This document shows, one piece after another, positions 7,115 through 15,940 of a stretch of 64,000 nt of DNA. The stretch is from positions 8,401 to 72,400 of the forward strand of contig METM01000029.1 of NCBI GenBank assembly GCA_001772335.1, in the 5' to 3' direction. Below the pieces are notes generated by a model. That model had not been told where the DNA came from and did no database searches. It was given only the letters and a program-made list of their open reading frames with translations. This DNA comes from a candidate division WOR-1 bacterium RIFCSPHIGHO2_01_FULL_53_15 (GTDB lineage: Bacteria > Margulisbacteria > WOR-1 > O2-12-FULL-45-9 > XYB2-FULL-48-7). Made by a program: the position numbers and the translations under genes. How positions within the stretch are numbered: the first letter of the stretch is position 1; the number at the start of each line of letters is the position of its first letter.

Positions 7115-8680
7115 TTACATCGATTCCGGAGCCGTAATTCCCAACAATTCTAACACATTGCGCAGAGTGATTCGAGAGGCGTCGACGAGCGTGAGGCGGG
7201 CGGGATTGCCTAGCACGCGGCACTTTTCGTAGAAGTGATGAAAAACGATCGCGAGTTCCTTGCCGTATTCTGTGATTCGGTGGGGATGTCGCAAAACCGC
7301 CGCCTCTTCCACTGACCGCGGCCACGCAAGGAGTCTCATCATCAGCTCTCTCTCCGCCGGTTCAGTTAGAGAGGATAAATCTTCTTGACCCTTGGTACTT
7401 GACCCTTGCCCCTCGCTCTCGGCCTTACGCAAGATGCTGCAGATCCTCGCATGCCCGTACTGGAGGTAATAGACCGGGTTGTCCATCGACTTCTTCTTGG
7501 CCAGCTCAAGGTCGAAATCCAGGTGTGAGTTGACGTCGGTGGCCGAGAAAAAGAAGCGCGTCGCGTCGGAGCCGATCTCGTCGATCACTTCCGCGAGCGA
7601 GACCATTTCACCCGTTCGCTTGCTCATGCGGATAGGCTCGTTGCCGCGGTAAAGGGTGACGAGCTGGCCGATGATTATTTCCAACCTATCGGCCGGCAGC
7701 CCCATCGCCTCGACTGCCGCTTTCAATCTCTTCACATAACCGTGATGGTCGGTCCCCCAAATATTAATGAGCCGCTCATAGCCGCGCGAGAATTTATCGA
7801 GATGATAAGCGAGATCGGCGGCGAAATATGTTGAATTGCCGTCGGCGCGGACGAGGACGCGGTTCTTGTCATCACCCATCTCCTGCGATTTAAACCAGAT
7901 CGCGCCTGCCTCGATGATCGTCTTGTGATTCTTTTCAAGGCGGGAGACCGCTTCCTTTACCTCGCCCTTGGCGTGGAGTTCGCTCTCATTAAAGAAACGA
8001 TCGAAAAGGACGCCGAGTTTGGCGAGAGTCGCTTTCTGCTCGGAAAGGATGTATTCAATGATATCCTCTTTGCTGTCGCCTTTAACTTCCTTGATATACG
8101 CGCCGCCGTAACCGTTTGCCGGGGTCGGTTTCCTCGCCCTGGCCGCCTGGACCGATTCCCAGAGCTTCTCGACCTGGTTGCCGATATTATTGACGTAGAA
8201 CTCGGTTTCGACTTTAAAACCGGCGGCCTTTAACAAGCGGGCAATCACGTCGCCGATCACCGCCCAACGGCCGTGCCCGACATGCAGCGGCCCAGTCGGA
8301 TTAGCCGAAACGTATTCGAGCAGAATTCTTTGACCCTTGCCACTTGACCCATGCCCCCAGCGCTGATCTTGCCTGATTATTTCCGGAATTGACTTTTGGG
8401 TCAGCTCATCTTTGATGAAGAAATTGATGAAGCCGGGCTTGACGATCTCGATTTTGCTGATAACTTCTTCGGCCCCGCCCATTTTGAGCTTCTCGGCGAT
8501 CTCTGCCGCCAGTTCCATGGGGTTGCGGGAAAGTTTCTTAGCGCCGGCAATGGCCAGATTGGTCGCAAAATCGCCGAATTCCTTGCGGGGAGATGGAGTT
8601 ATTTTGTAATCAAGCTGTATCTGGATACCGGCGGCTGACAGCGCTTTCTCGAGAAGCGATTCAATTGTTGACTGAAGCAT
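7115..8680 (-). CDS. argS: arginine--tRNA ligase
   Basis: 521 aa. SANPTGPLHVGHGR (HIGH region), MSKRTG (KMSK-like), C-terminal anticodon-binding domain ending YYLQYGHARICSILRKA. Confidence 0.95.
   Translation of the reverse strand: MLQSTIESLLEKALSAAGIQIQLDYKITPSPRKEFGDFATNLAIAGAKKLSRNPMELAAEIAEKLKMGGAEEVISKIEIVKPGFINFFIKDELTQKSIPEIIRQDQRWGHGSSGKGQRILLEYVSANPTGPLHVGHGRWAVIGDVIARLLKAAGFKVETEFYVNNIGNQVEKLWESVQAARARKPTPANGYGGAYIKEVKGDSKEDIIEYILSEQKATLAKLGVLFDRFFNESELHAKGEVKEAVSRLEKNHKTIIEAGAIWFKSQEMGDDKNRVLVRADGNSTYFAADLAYHLDKFSRGYERLINIWGTDHHGYVKRLKAAVEAMGLPADRLEIIIGQLVTLYRGNEPIRMSKRTGEMVSLAEVIDEIGSDATRFFFSATDVNSHLDFDLELAKKKSMDNPVYYLQYGHARICSILRKAESEGQGSSTKGQEDLSSLTEPAERELMMRLLAWPRSVEEAAVLRHPHRITEYGKELAIVFHHFYEKCRVLGNPARLTLVDASRITLRNVLELLGITAPESM
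7385..7412. repeat. heptamer cassette, TTGACCC family (copy in argS, 3' part)
   Basis: TTGACCC TTGGTAC TTGACCC TTGCCCC on the plus strand. It encodes GQGSSTKGQ in argS. Confidence 0.8.
8330..8357. repeat. heptamer cassette, TTGACCC family (copy in argS, 5' part)
   Basis: TTGACCC TTGCCAC TTGACCC ATGCCCC. It encodes GHGSSGKGQ just before the HIGH region. Confidence 0.8.
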
Positions 8681-8684
8681 ATCA

Positions 8685-8738
8685 AGAAACCGCGACGACT
8701 CGACTGAGCTCGTCGAAGTCGTTCAGTCGCAGGTTTCC
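8685..8738. repeat. GAAACCGCGAC / GTCGCAGGTTTC hairpin element, copy 2 (extended inner stem)
   Basis: Same outer arms as 5613-5642 with an extra inner stem GACTCGAC/GTCGAAGTC. It fills the ytxH-like/argS intercistronic gap: it abuts the upstream stop and ends 5 nt from the argS start. Confidence 0.6.
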
Positions 8739-8920
8739 TACCCTTCTTTTTTGCCGAATTCTTGCTTTAACTCGTCGAATTTGGCTTTGCCTTTATCCAG
8801 AGCGTCTTTAAGTTTTTCTCTCGTTTCTCCGCCTTTTGATGGCGCAAAAAGCAAACCGCCGATGAAACCGAGCAGACCGCCGAACGTCAGAACCTTCAAG
8901 AAACTCTTGATCTTACCCAC
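8738..8920 (-). CDS. YtxH-domain small membrane-anchored protein
   Basis: 60 aa. GGLLGFIGGLLFAPSKGGETREKLKD is the YtxH signature. GTG start with AGGGGGAAG SD. Confidence 0.7.
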   Translation of the reverse strand: MGKIKSFLKVLTFGGLLGFIGGLLFAPSKGGETREKLKDALDKGKAKFDELKQEFGKKEG

Positions 8921-8940
8921 TAAACTTCCCCCTTTTTAAA

Positions 8941-9008
8941 CTCACCCCCTGTTAAGTAAAGTTAACCCTCCCCCTCTCTTTTCAAGAGAGGGGGAAAGAG
9001 GGGGTGAG
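8941..9008. repeat. nested palindromic element, short form (copy A)
   Basis: Outer arms CTCACCCCCT / AGGGGGTGAG enclose the hairpin CCCCTCTCTT-ttc-AAGAGAGGGG. Arm and stem composition match the elements at 24381 and 48356. Confidence 0.7.
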
Positions 9009-9010
9009 TT

Positions 9011-9304
9011 TTATTTTTTAAACAGAACTCCAAGTCCTTTTTTCAAACCGGCCGCGAACGCTGCCAGTGTATTCTTGCCCGGTATCTTGCTGCTCATTTT
9101 CTCTTTGGCCAGTCCCGCAACGCCGGCCAGTATCGTCACGATATCAAAGAGCGAAGAAATGGCGTTGACCTTTTCCGTCACCTCTCTGACCGAACGCCTG
9201 ACGTCGATCAGGATAATGATCAATTGGACAGTCCCAACGACAAAAGCAATCAAGAGGAGGATGGCGCAAAAGATCAGGCTATTAATTAAATATGTTTGCA
9301 GCAT
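9011..9304 (-). CDS. DUF948-like membrane protein (N-terminal TM helix + coiled segment)
   Basis: 97 aa. A hydrophobic N-terminus followed by DVRRSVREVTEKVNAISSLFD is typical of DUF948/YtxG-like proteins. It sits between two YtxH genes. Confidence 0.55.
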   Translation of the reverse strand: MLQTYLINSLIFCAILLLIAFVVGTVQLIIILIDVRRSVREVTEKVNAISSLFDIVTILAGVAGLAKEKMSSKIPGKNTLAAFAAGLKKGLGVLFKK

Positions 9305-9541
9305 TTATTCACCCCTCGCCAGGTCGTCCTGGACCTTACCGGCTTCTTTCTTGGCTTCTTCGAACGCTTCGGAGAAGCGGCCGACAATATCATCAAGGTC
9401 GAACTCCTTGAGCTTCTCTTTGATCAGCGCCCTCGACTTGTCGCCGCTGAACGGGGCAAAGAGGACGCCGACCGCCGCGCCGATCAGCCCGCCGATCAGG
9501 AGCCCTTCCATTAAACTCGAGCCTTCTTCTTCATGATGCAT
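9305..9541 (-). CDS. YtxH-domain protein
   Basis: GLLIGGLIGAAVGVLFAPFSGDKSRALIKEKL. Start placed at MHHEEE (9541), which avoids overlap with pheA. Confidence 0.65.
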   Translation of the reverse strand: MHHEEEGSSLMEGLLIGGLIGAAVGVLFAPFSGDKSRALIKEKLKEFDLDDIVGRFSEAFEEAKKEAGKVQDDLARGE

Positions 9542-9545
9542 ATAT

Positions 9546-10373
9546 TTAGACTCTCGGGTAGGAGCCAAGCAGTTTCAGGAACGATGCCTTGCGCTTGATC
9601 TCGAACAAAGCGTCGGCGATCACTTCGTCCTGCCGGTGTCCCTGCATGTCGGCAAAGAAATAATAATCGCCCAGGGCCTTCTTAGACGGGCGCGATTCGA
9701 TCTTCGTCAGGTTGATGTTGCGGATGGCGATTTCGGCCAGTATATCGTGAAGCGCCCCGGGCCGGTCTTTGGCTGTCGAGAAAACGATCGAGGTCTTGTC
9801 TTTGCCCGTCCTCGGATGGTCGGTTTTGGCCAGGACGACAAATCGGGTCTTATTCTCCCTGACATTGATTTTTGCGGCGACTATCTTTAAATCGTAGAGT
9901 TTGGCCGACGCGGCGGTGCCGATGGCGGCAAGAAATGGATCAAGGGAAGTGGCTGCCTGCTTGGCCGCCTCGGCTGAGCTGTAAGCCAGATGCAATTTCG
10001 CTTTCGGCAATTTTTTGCGCAGAAAATCTTTGCACTGGTCAAGGATCTGCGGATTGGAAACGACATCCCTGATACCGCGCAAAGAAACTCCTTTGCGAGC
10101 CATTAAATAATGATAGATCGGCACGACCAGCTCTTGCCGGATCTTGAGGTCGACATCCTTAACGAGCATATCGGTCACGATGCCGATCGTTCCCTCGATC
10201 GAATTCTCGATCGGCACGATCGCCTCATTGATCCGGCCGCGATTGACGGCCGAGAGAACATCGTGGAAAGTTGAGAAAGGCATCAGGTCAACTTTGCCTT
10301 CAAGTTTTTTGCGGTAAAGGCGGCTGGCTTCTTCGCTGTTCGTCCCTTCAGGGCCGAGATATCCGACCTTCAT
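9546..10373 (-). CDS. pheA: prephenate dehydratase (PDT + ACT domains)
   Basis: [16 protein letters not shown] start, TRFVVL, ESRPSKK (ACT). The longer ORF N-terminus was discarded. Confidence 0.85.
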   Translation of the reverse strand: MKVGYLGPEGTNSEEASRLYRKKLEGKVDLMPFSTFHDVLSAVNRGRINEAIVPIENSIEGTIGIVTDMLVKDVDLKIRQELVVPIYHYLMARKGVSLRGIRDVVSNPQILDQCKDFLRKKLPKAKLHLAYSSAEAAKQAATSLDPFLAAIGTAASAKLYDLKIVAAKINVRENKTRFVVLAKTDHPRTGKDKTSIVFSTAKDRPGALHDILAEIAIRNINLTKIESRPSKKALGDYYFFADMQGHRQDEVIADALFEIKRKASFLKLLGSYPRV

Positions 10374-10848
10374 ACTTGACGACCTCCAATTCCGATTCTT
10401 TGAGCATCTCCTGGGCCAGCTCGTCGGGATAGCCGCCGGCGTAAACGACTTTGACAATGCCGGCATTGATCATCATTTTAACACAGATGACACATGGTTG
10501 GTACGTGCAATAGAGGGTCCCGCCGGCGATCGAAACGCCATGTACTGCCGCCTGGATAATGGCGTTCTGCTCGGCGTGGAGTCCCCGGCAGAGCTCGTGC
10601 CGCTGGCCGGAAGGAATGTTCAACTTGAGGCGGATGCAGGTTTCTTCCGTGCAGTGGGTGAAGCCCTTGGGCGAGCCGTTGTAGCCGGTGGATAAAATGC
10701 GGTGGTCTTTGACGACGATGGCGCCGACCTGGCGCTTGACGCAGGTCGCCCGCTCGGCCACATCAGCCGTGATCTTCATGAAGTAATCGTCCCAGGCCGG
10801 GCGATCGGCGATATTATTTTTTTCTTTTGATAACTGCTCTGACAGCAT
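10348..10848 (-). CDS. comEB: dCMP deaminase (ComEB family)
   Basis: HAEQNAI and PCVICVKMM zinc-binding motifs; 166 aa. Confidence 0.85.
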   Translation of the reverse strand: MLSEQLSKEKNNIADRPAWDDYFMKITADVAERATCVKRQVGAIVVKDHRILSTGYNGSPKGFTHCTEETCIRLKLNIPSGQRHELCRGLHAEQNAIIQAAVHGVSIAGGTLYCTYQPCVICVKMMINAGIVKVVYAGGYPDELAQEMLKESELEVVKYEGRISRP

Positions 10849-11764
10849 GAACGATCTCCTCCGGGGTCAAACCGTATTTGGCAAGCAGCTCATCGGGTGT
10901 CCCCGATTCGCCAAAAGTATCCTTGATGCCGACGCGCGCCAGCGGCACCGGGGCGTTCTCGACCAGCACTTCAGCTACCGCGCCGCCCAGTCCGCCCAGG
11001 ATCGAGTGCTCTTCGGCGGTCACCACGGCCCCAGTCTCCTTGGCGCAGTTAACGATCAGCTCAGTGTCCAAGGGTTTAATGGTATGCAGGTTGACGACCC
11101 GCGCCTTGACCCCTTCTTTGGCCAGCAGCTCCGCTGCGTCAAGCGCCAGCGAGACCATGAGGCCGCAGGCAAATATCGTCGCGTCGCTTCCGGCGCGCAT
11201 GACCTCGCCCTTGCCGATCTTAAATTCATAATTCGGGTTATCGTGAATGACCGGCGTCTTGGGGCGGCTCAAGCGGATATACATCGGGCCGTAGAATTTG
11301 ACCGCCTCGCGGATGACTTTATCCGTCTCCACGCTGTCAGATGGAACAATGACCGTCATGTTAGGCAGGGCGCGCATGATGGCGATATCCTCATTGGCCT
11401 GGTGCGAGGCGCCGTCTTCGCCGGTCGTAATGCCGGCATGCGTCACCGCGATCTTGACATTCAAGCGCGTGTAGGCGACCGAGACCCTGACCTGGTCCCA
11501 GGCCCGGCCGGAGCCGAAAACCGCGAAGGTCGATGCGAAGACGATCTTGCCGGCGGCGGCCAGGCCAGCCGCCGTGCTGATCATGTCCTGCTCGGCCACG
11601 CCCATGTCAAAAAACCGCTCGGGGAACGCCTGGGCAAAACCCGAGGTCTTGGTCGACACCTTCAGGTCGGCGTCGAGCACGACGACATTGGGATTTTCCT
11701 TGCCGATCTCCGCCAGAGCGAGTCCGTAGGCGTCGCGCGTCGCGACCATTTTCCGTTCGGCCAT
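10814..11764 (-). CDS. transketolase, C-terminal subunit (Pyr-binding + C-terminal domains)
   Basis: 316 aa. [23 protein letters not shown] and [11 protein letters not shown] motifs. It follows the N-terminal subunit gene. Confidence 0.9.
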   Translation of the reverse strand: MAERKMVATRDAYGLALAEIGKENPNVVVLDADLKVSTKTSGFAQAFPERFFDMGVAEQDMISTAAGLAAAGKIVFASTFAVFGSGRAWDQVRVSVAYTRLNVKIAVTHAGITTGEDGASHQANEDIAIMRALPNMTVIVPSDSVETDKVIREAVKFYGPMYIRLSRPKTPVIHDNPNYEFKIGKGEVMRAGSDATIFACGLMVSLALDAAELLAKEGVKARVVNLHTIKPLDTELIVNCAKETGAVVTAEEHSILGGLGGAVAEVLVENAPVPLARVGIKDTFGESGTPDELLAKYGLTPEEIVHAVRAVIKRKK

Positions 11765-11767
11765 GAG

Positions 11768-12607
11768 TTATTTTTTCTCCCGTCGGCAAAGCTCTTCGAG
11801 CGCTTTGTCTTTTTCTTCTTCGGTCGGGGCCTTGCCGTGGAAGTCAAGCGGGCTGGCTTCCATAAAACTGACGCCTTTGCCTTTGACCGTATCGGCAATG
11901 ATCATGGTCGGCCGGCCTTTTGTCTTTTCGGCCTTCTCCAGAGCATCGGCAATCGCCTCGATCTTATGGCCGTCGCAAAGAAGAACGTGCCAGCCGAACG
12001 CCCGCCATTTATCGGCAAAAGGAGTTAGGCTTTTGATCTTTTCGACCGGGCCGTCGATCTGGAATTTATTGTGGTCGACGATCGCCGTCAAATTATCAAG
12101 CTTATAATGCGCCGCGGTCATGGCCGCTTCCCAGACCTGCCCCTCCTGGCACTCGCCGTCGCCTAACAGGCAATAGATCCGGCCGGCTTTTTTGTCCAGA
12201 TGGTAGGCCAGCGCCATGCCGTTGGCGGCCGAGAGTCCCTGCCCGAGCGAGCCGGTCGACATCTCAACCCCCGGCAGGGAAAGCATGTCGACATGTCCCT
12301 GGAGTGAACTGCCGATCCGGCGCAAAGTTTTGAGATAATCAACAGGGAAATAGCCGGCCTCGGCCAGCGCCGCGTAAAGGATCGGCGCCGCGTGCCCCTT
12401 GCTCATGACGAATCGGTCGCGCTCGGCCCAGTGCGGATCTTTCGGGTCCTTGCGCAGTTGATGAAAGTAAAGGACTGTTATGATATCGGCGGCCGAGAGC
12501 GAGCCGCCGGGATGGCCCGAGGCAGCGGCGCACGTCATCTCGACGACGTGCTTGCGCAGTTTGATCGCGATCGCTTCGAGTTCCGCTGTTTTTTCTTTGG
12601 AGATCAC
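11768..12607 (-). CDS. transketolase, N-terminal (TPP-binding) subunit
   Basis: 279 aa. SGHPGGSLS, GSLGQGLS and GDGECQEGQVWEA motifs. Confidence 0.9.
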   Translation of the reverse strand: MISKEKTAELEAIAIKLRKHVVEMTCAAASGHPGGSLSAADIITVLYFHQLRKDPKDPHWAERDRFVMSKGHAAPILYAALAEAGYFPVDYLKTLRRIGSSLQGHVDMLSLPGVEMSTGSLGQGLSAANGMALAYHLDKKAGRIYCLLGDGECQEGQVWEAAMTAAHYKLDNLTAIVDHNKFQIDGPVEKIKSLTPFADKWRAFGWHVLLCDGHKIEAIADALEKAEKTKGRPTMIIADTVKGKGVSFMEASPLDFHGKAPTEEEKDKALEELCRREKK

Positions 12608-13476
12608 GAGATCGATTGTACCATGATCTTTAACTCGGGCTCAAGCGTGACTTTAAACTTCCTTTTTACGGCGCCGCGCATCCGCGTCATCAGTTTAATG
12701 ACGTCGCGCGCCTTCGCCTCGCCGAGATTTAAGATAAAATTGGCGTGCTTGACCGAGACCTGCGCGTCGCCAACGCGCGCTCCCTTAAAGCCCGCCTCTT
12801 CAAGCAGTTTGCCGGCAAATTTCCCCTTGGGATTCTTGAAGATACTGCCGGCATTGGGGCTGCCGAGCGGCTGGTTGAGTTTACGTTTCTCAAGAAAACC
12901 GAGGATCTTCTTTCTGATGCGCCCGGGCGAGCCCTTGCGCAGTTTCAAGACGACCTCCGCCGCGATCAACTTCCCTTTTTGCAGGACGCTCCGGCGGTAG
13001 CCGAAACGCAAACCGGGCTTTTTTATTTCCTTCAGATCGCCGTTCTTATCAAGCGCCCTGACGCGGTCGACGTACCGGCCGATCTCACCGTCCCACGCCC
13101 CGGCGTTCATGGCAGCGGCGCCCCCCACCGTCCCGGGAATACCCGCCAAGAACTCGAGGCCGGCCAGGCCGCGGCGGGCCGCGATATTTAGAAGAACAGG
13201 CAAGAGTGTCCCCGCGCCAGCGTGGATAACCCGGCCGCGGACCGTCACCTTATTGAGGCCGCCGCCCAGTTTAATAACTAGCCCGCGAAAGCCGTTATCC
13301 AGCGCAAGGAGATTTGTCCCCATTCCTAAAATAGCGACCGGCAGGCGATTCTCGCGCGCGAATTTCAGCGCTTCCCTCAACTCATCGATATTCGTCGGCG
13401 CGCAGAAATACTCGGCTGGGCCGCCGATGCGGAAGGAAGTGTGTTTCTTTAATGGTTCGTTGCGGACCATTTTCAT
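12604..13476 (-). CDS. murB: UDP-N-acetylenolpyruvoylglucosamine reductase
   Basis: 290 aa. HTSFRIGGPA, GMGTNLL and GSIFKNP motifs. Confidence 0.9.
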   Translation of the reverse strand: MKMVRNEPLKKHTSFRIGGPAEYFCAPTNIDELREALKFARENRLPVAILGMGTNLLALDNGFRGLVIKLGGGLNKVTVRGRVIHAGAGTLLPVLLNIAARRGLAGLEFLAGIPGTVGGAAAMNAGAWDGEIGRYVDRVRALDKNGDLKEIKKPGLRFGYRRSVLQKGKLIAAEVVLKLRKGSPGRIRKKILGFLEKRKLNQPLGSPNAGSIFKNPKGKFAGKLLEEAGFKGARVGDAQVSVKHANFILNLGEAKARDVIKLMTRMRGAVKRKFKVTLEPELKIMVQSIS

Positions 13477-14870
13477 GGGGATTTATCAGCCCCCTTCATC
13501 TTCAACCTGGCTAAGATCTCTTTGCCCACAGTATAGATATCCCCCGCGCCTAAGGTCAAAACAATATCGCCGGCTTTTAAATCCTTAACGAGTTGTTCGG
13601 CGATCTGCTCCTTTTTCGGCACAAACAAAGTTTTCTCCGGCGCCAGGAGATCGGCGATCGTTTTGCCAGTGACGCCCGGGATTGGATTCTCGGAGGCGGC
13701 GTAAATATCGGTGATGATCACTTTATCGGCGTTATCGAACGCGCCGGCGAACTGGTCTTTGAGGATCATCGTCCGGGTAAAGCGGTGCGGCTGAAAGACG
13801 CAGATAACGCGGCTCTTGGGCCAGCCGGAGCGGGCAGCCGCCAGCGTCGCTTTGATCTCGGTCGGATGGTGCGCGTAATCGTCGATAATGAGAATGCCGT
13901 CCTGCTCGCCGACGGTCGAGAAGCGCCGCCTGACTCCGACGAACGAGCGCAGGGCGCCGGCGATCGCGTTGAAATCAAGACCTAACTCGCAGCCGACGGC
14001 AAAGACCGCCAGGCTGTTCAGGATATTCTGCCAGCCGGGGACGGAGAGCGCAACCGCGCCGAGCTCGTCCCGGCCGCGCCGCAGAACATAGCGCGAAGAG
14101 TAATTTTCAAAGCTCAGGTCGGCGGCGTTCCATTCCATGGCCGGATCAAGGCCGTAGGTGACGGATCGCTGTTTTCTTTTGGCCATCAGCAGTTTATTGT
14201 TCGGGTCGGTCCCGTCGATCACTATCAGGCCTTCGCCGGCCAGGCGGTCCATGAACCGCTCGAACGTCGCCGTCAGCTCGTCCAGACTGCCGAAATGCTC
14301 CATGTGGTCGGCCTCGATATTGGTGATGACCTCGATCGTCGGCTGATAACAGAGGAATGAGCTGTCGGACTCGTCCGCTTCGGCCACGACATAGGCGCCA
14401 GCCCCCAGCCGGGCATTGCCGTCGGCGTAATCCATGTCACAGCCGATCAGATAGGTCGGGTTCAGCTGCGCGGCCTCAAGGACGCGGGCGGTCATTGCCG
14501 TCGTTGTCGTCTTGCCGTGCGTGCCGGCCACTGCCACGCGATTTTTTGAGCGGGCCATGATCCAGGCCAGCACCTCCGCCCTTCTGAAGGCGCGGATCCC
14601 TTTGGCCGCGGCCTCGGTCAGTTCGGGGTTATCCGGCTTGACCGCCGAAGAATAAACCAGGCTATCGGCGTCGCGCACCTGCGAACCCTCGTGGCCGATG
14701 AAGATCTTGACGCCGAGGTCTTTGAGCCGGATGGTGTTGACCCCTTCCTTGATATCGGAGCCGCTGACCTTGAAGCCCATCTCATGGAGGACGCGGGCGA
14801 TGCCCGACATGCCGCAGCCGCCGACGCCGACCAGATGGATATTTTTGCTTCGTTCGAGATCGAGTTCCAT
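13473..14870 (-). CDS. murC: UDP-N-acetylmuramate--L-alanine ligase
   Basis: 465 aa. IHLVGVGGCGMSGIA and GTHGKTTTTAM motifs; Mur ligase domains. Confidence 0.9.
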   Translation of the reverse strand: MELDLERSKNIHLVGVGGCGMSGIARVLHEMGFKVSGSDIKEGVNTIRLKDLGVKIFIGHEGSQVRDADSLVYSSAVKPDNPELTEAAAKGIRAFRRAEVLAWIMARSKNRVAVAGTHGKTTTTAMTARVLEAAQLNPTYLIGCDMDYADGNARLGAGAYVVAEADESDSSFLCYQPTIEVITNIEADHMEHFGSLDELTATFERFMDRLAGEGLIVIDGTDPNNKLLMAKRKQRSVTYGLDPAMEWNAADLSFENYSSRYVLRRGRDELGAVALSVPGWQNILNSLAVFAVGCELGLDFNAIAGALRSFVGVRRRFSTVGEQDGILIIDDYAHHPTEIKATLAAARSGWPKSRVICVFQPHRFTRTMILKDQFAGAFDNADKVIITDIYAASENPIPGVTGKTIADLLAPEKTLFVPKKEQIAEQLVKDLKAGDIVLTLGAGDIYTVGKEILARLKMKGADKSP

Positions 14871-14872
14871 TA

Positions 14873-15937
14873 TTATTTCTTGAGCGACACCAGGATATGG
14901 TCGATGATCTTTTTGGCCGCCCGCGGTTCACCCATTTTTTTTGACGCGGCGCCCAGGGCGGCCAGATCAAGGGCCGAACCGCTGACCAGTGAAACAAATT
15001 TTTCCGGCGTAAATTCGTTGTCTTTAATGAATATTCCCGCGCCGGCTGCTTCGATCAGCCGCGCGTTCATCTCCTGGTGACCCTCGGCCGAATACGGGAA
15101 AGGGACAAGGACCATCGGCAAGCCGCGGGCGGTGAACTCGGCGATCGCCGTCGCTCCGGCCCGGCTGACGACCAGGTCAGCCGCCGCCAGAGTCTCTGCC
15201 ACATTATATAAGTAATCGATCCGGCGGTAAAATGAGAAGTTTGCCGCCGAAAACATCTGCGCATCGCGCTTGCCTGTCAAATGGATGATCCCGAGTTTTG
15301 ACGCGGGCCCGATCAGCGGCAAAGCCGAGACGACCGAGCGGTTCATGCGCCTGGCCCCCTGACTGCCGCCTATGATCAAAACCACCTTTGTCTCCGGAGA
15401 AAAGCCGAGTTTGGCGCGCGCTTTTCCCCGGTCAGCGCCAATGATCGCCGCCCGGACCGGGTTGCCCGTCACGGTCCCCGGCAAATATCGCTGCGACGCT
15501 TCGAACGAAAGAAAGACCAGGCCGGCCGACCGGCCGAAAAGCCGATTGGTGAAACCGGGCAGGACATTCTGTTCCTGGAGATAAAACGGGAGGCCGAGAC
15601 ACCTGGCCGCCAGGACGACCGGCAGACTGGCGTAGCCGCCGGTCGAGATCAAGAATCGCGGCGAGAATTTCTTTAATATATATAACGCCTGAAAAAATCC
15701 GATCAAGGAAACGAACGGCGCCGAGACCGCCTTATAAGATATCTTGCGCATCAGCGCGCGGGCTTTGATCAGCTCAAGCCGGTAGCCGGCTTTCGGCACC
15801 ACGTCCTTTTCGAGCCCCTCTTCGCTCCCTAAAAAGAGTATCTCAGCGCCGGGAACCGATCTCTTGAGTTCATCGGCCAGAGCGATGCCCGGATAAACAT
15901 GACCGCCCGTGCCGCCGGAGACAATGGCAACTCGCAT
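14873..15937 (-). CDS. murG: undecaprenyldiphospho-muramoylpentapeptide beta-N-acetylglucosaminyltransferase
   Basis: 354 aa. SGGTGGHVYPGIALA and RAGATAIAE motifs. Confidence 0.9.
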   Translation of the reverse strand: MRVAIVSGGTGGHVYPGIALADELKRSVPGAEILFLGSEEGLEKDVVPKAGYRLELIKARALMRKISYKAVSAPFVSLIGFFQALYILKKFSPRFLISTGGYASLPVVLAARCLGLPFYLQEQNVLPGFTNRLFGRSAGLVFLSFEASQRYLPGTVTGNPVRAAIIGADRGKARAKLGFSPETKVVLIIGGSQGARRMNRSVVSALPLIGPASKLGIIHLTGKRDAQMFSAANFSFYRRIDYLYNVAETLAAADLVVSRAGATAIAEFTARGLPMVLVPFPYSAEGHQEMNARLIEAAGAGIFIKDNEFTPEKFVSLVSGSALDLAALGAASKKMGEPRAAKKIIDHILVSLKK

Positions 15938-15940
15938 ATT

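Noticed and set aside
8330-8357. Interpreting GHGSSGKGQ in ArgS purely as a foreign insertion.
   Set aside because: Many ArgS proteins have a Gly/Lys-containing segment (g.gkk.v.vEf) just before the HIGH region. This copy may therefore have replaced or mimicked native sequence rather than adding residues. The nucleotide-level repeat is real, but the claim that it is an insertion needs an ortholog alignment.
10847-12028. Long plus-strand ORFs antisense to real genes. Examples: 10847-12028 (393 aa), 21877-23385 (502 aa), 38960-40237 (425 aa), 44001-44972, 49824-50876, 385-1125.
   Set aside because: Each lies entirely opposite a minus-strand gene with unmistakable family motifs (transketolase, pgk/gap, galT, GH57, rtcB, mlaD). 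Their products are Arg/Gly/Asp/Pro-rich and low in complexity, as expected for shadow ORFs in GC-rich DNA.
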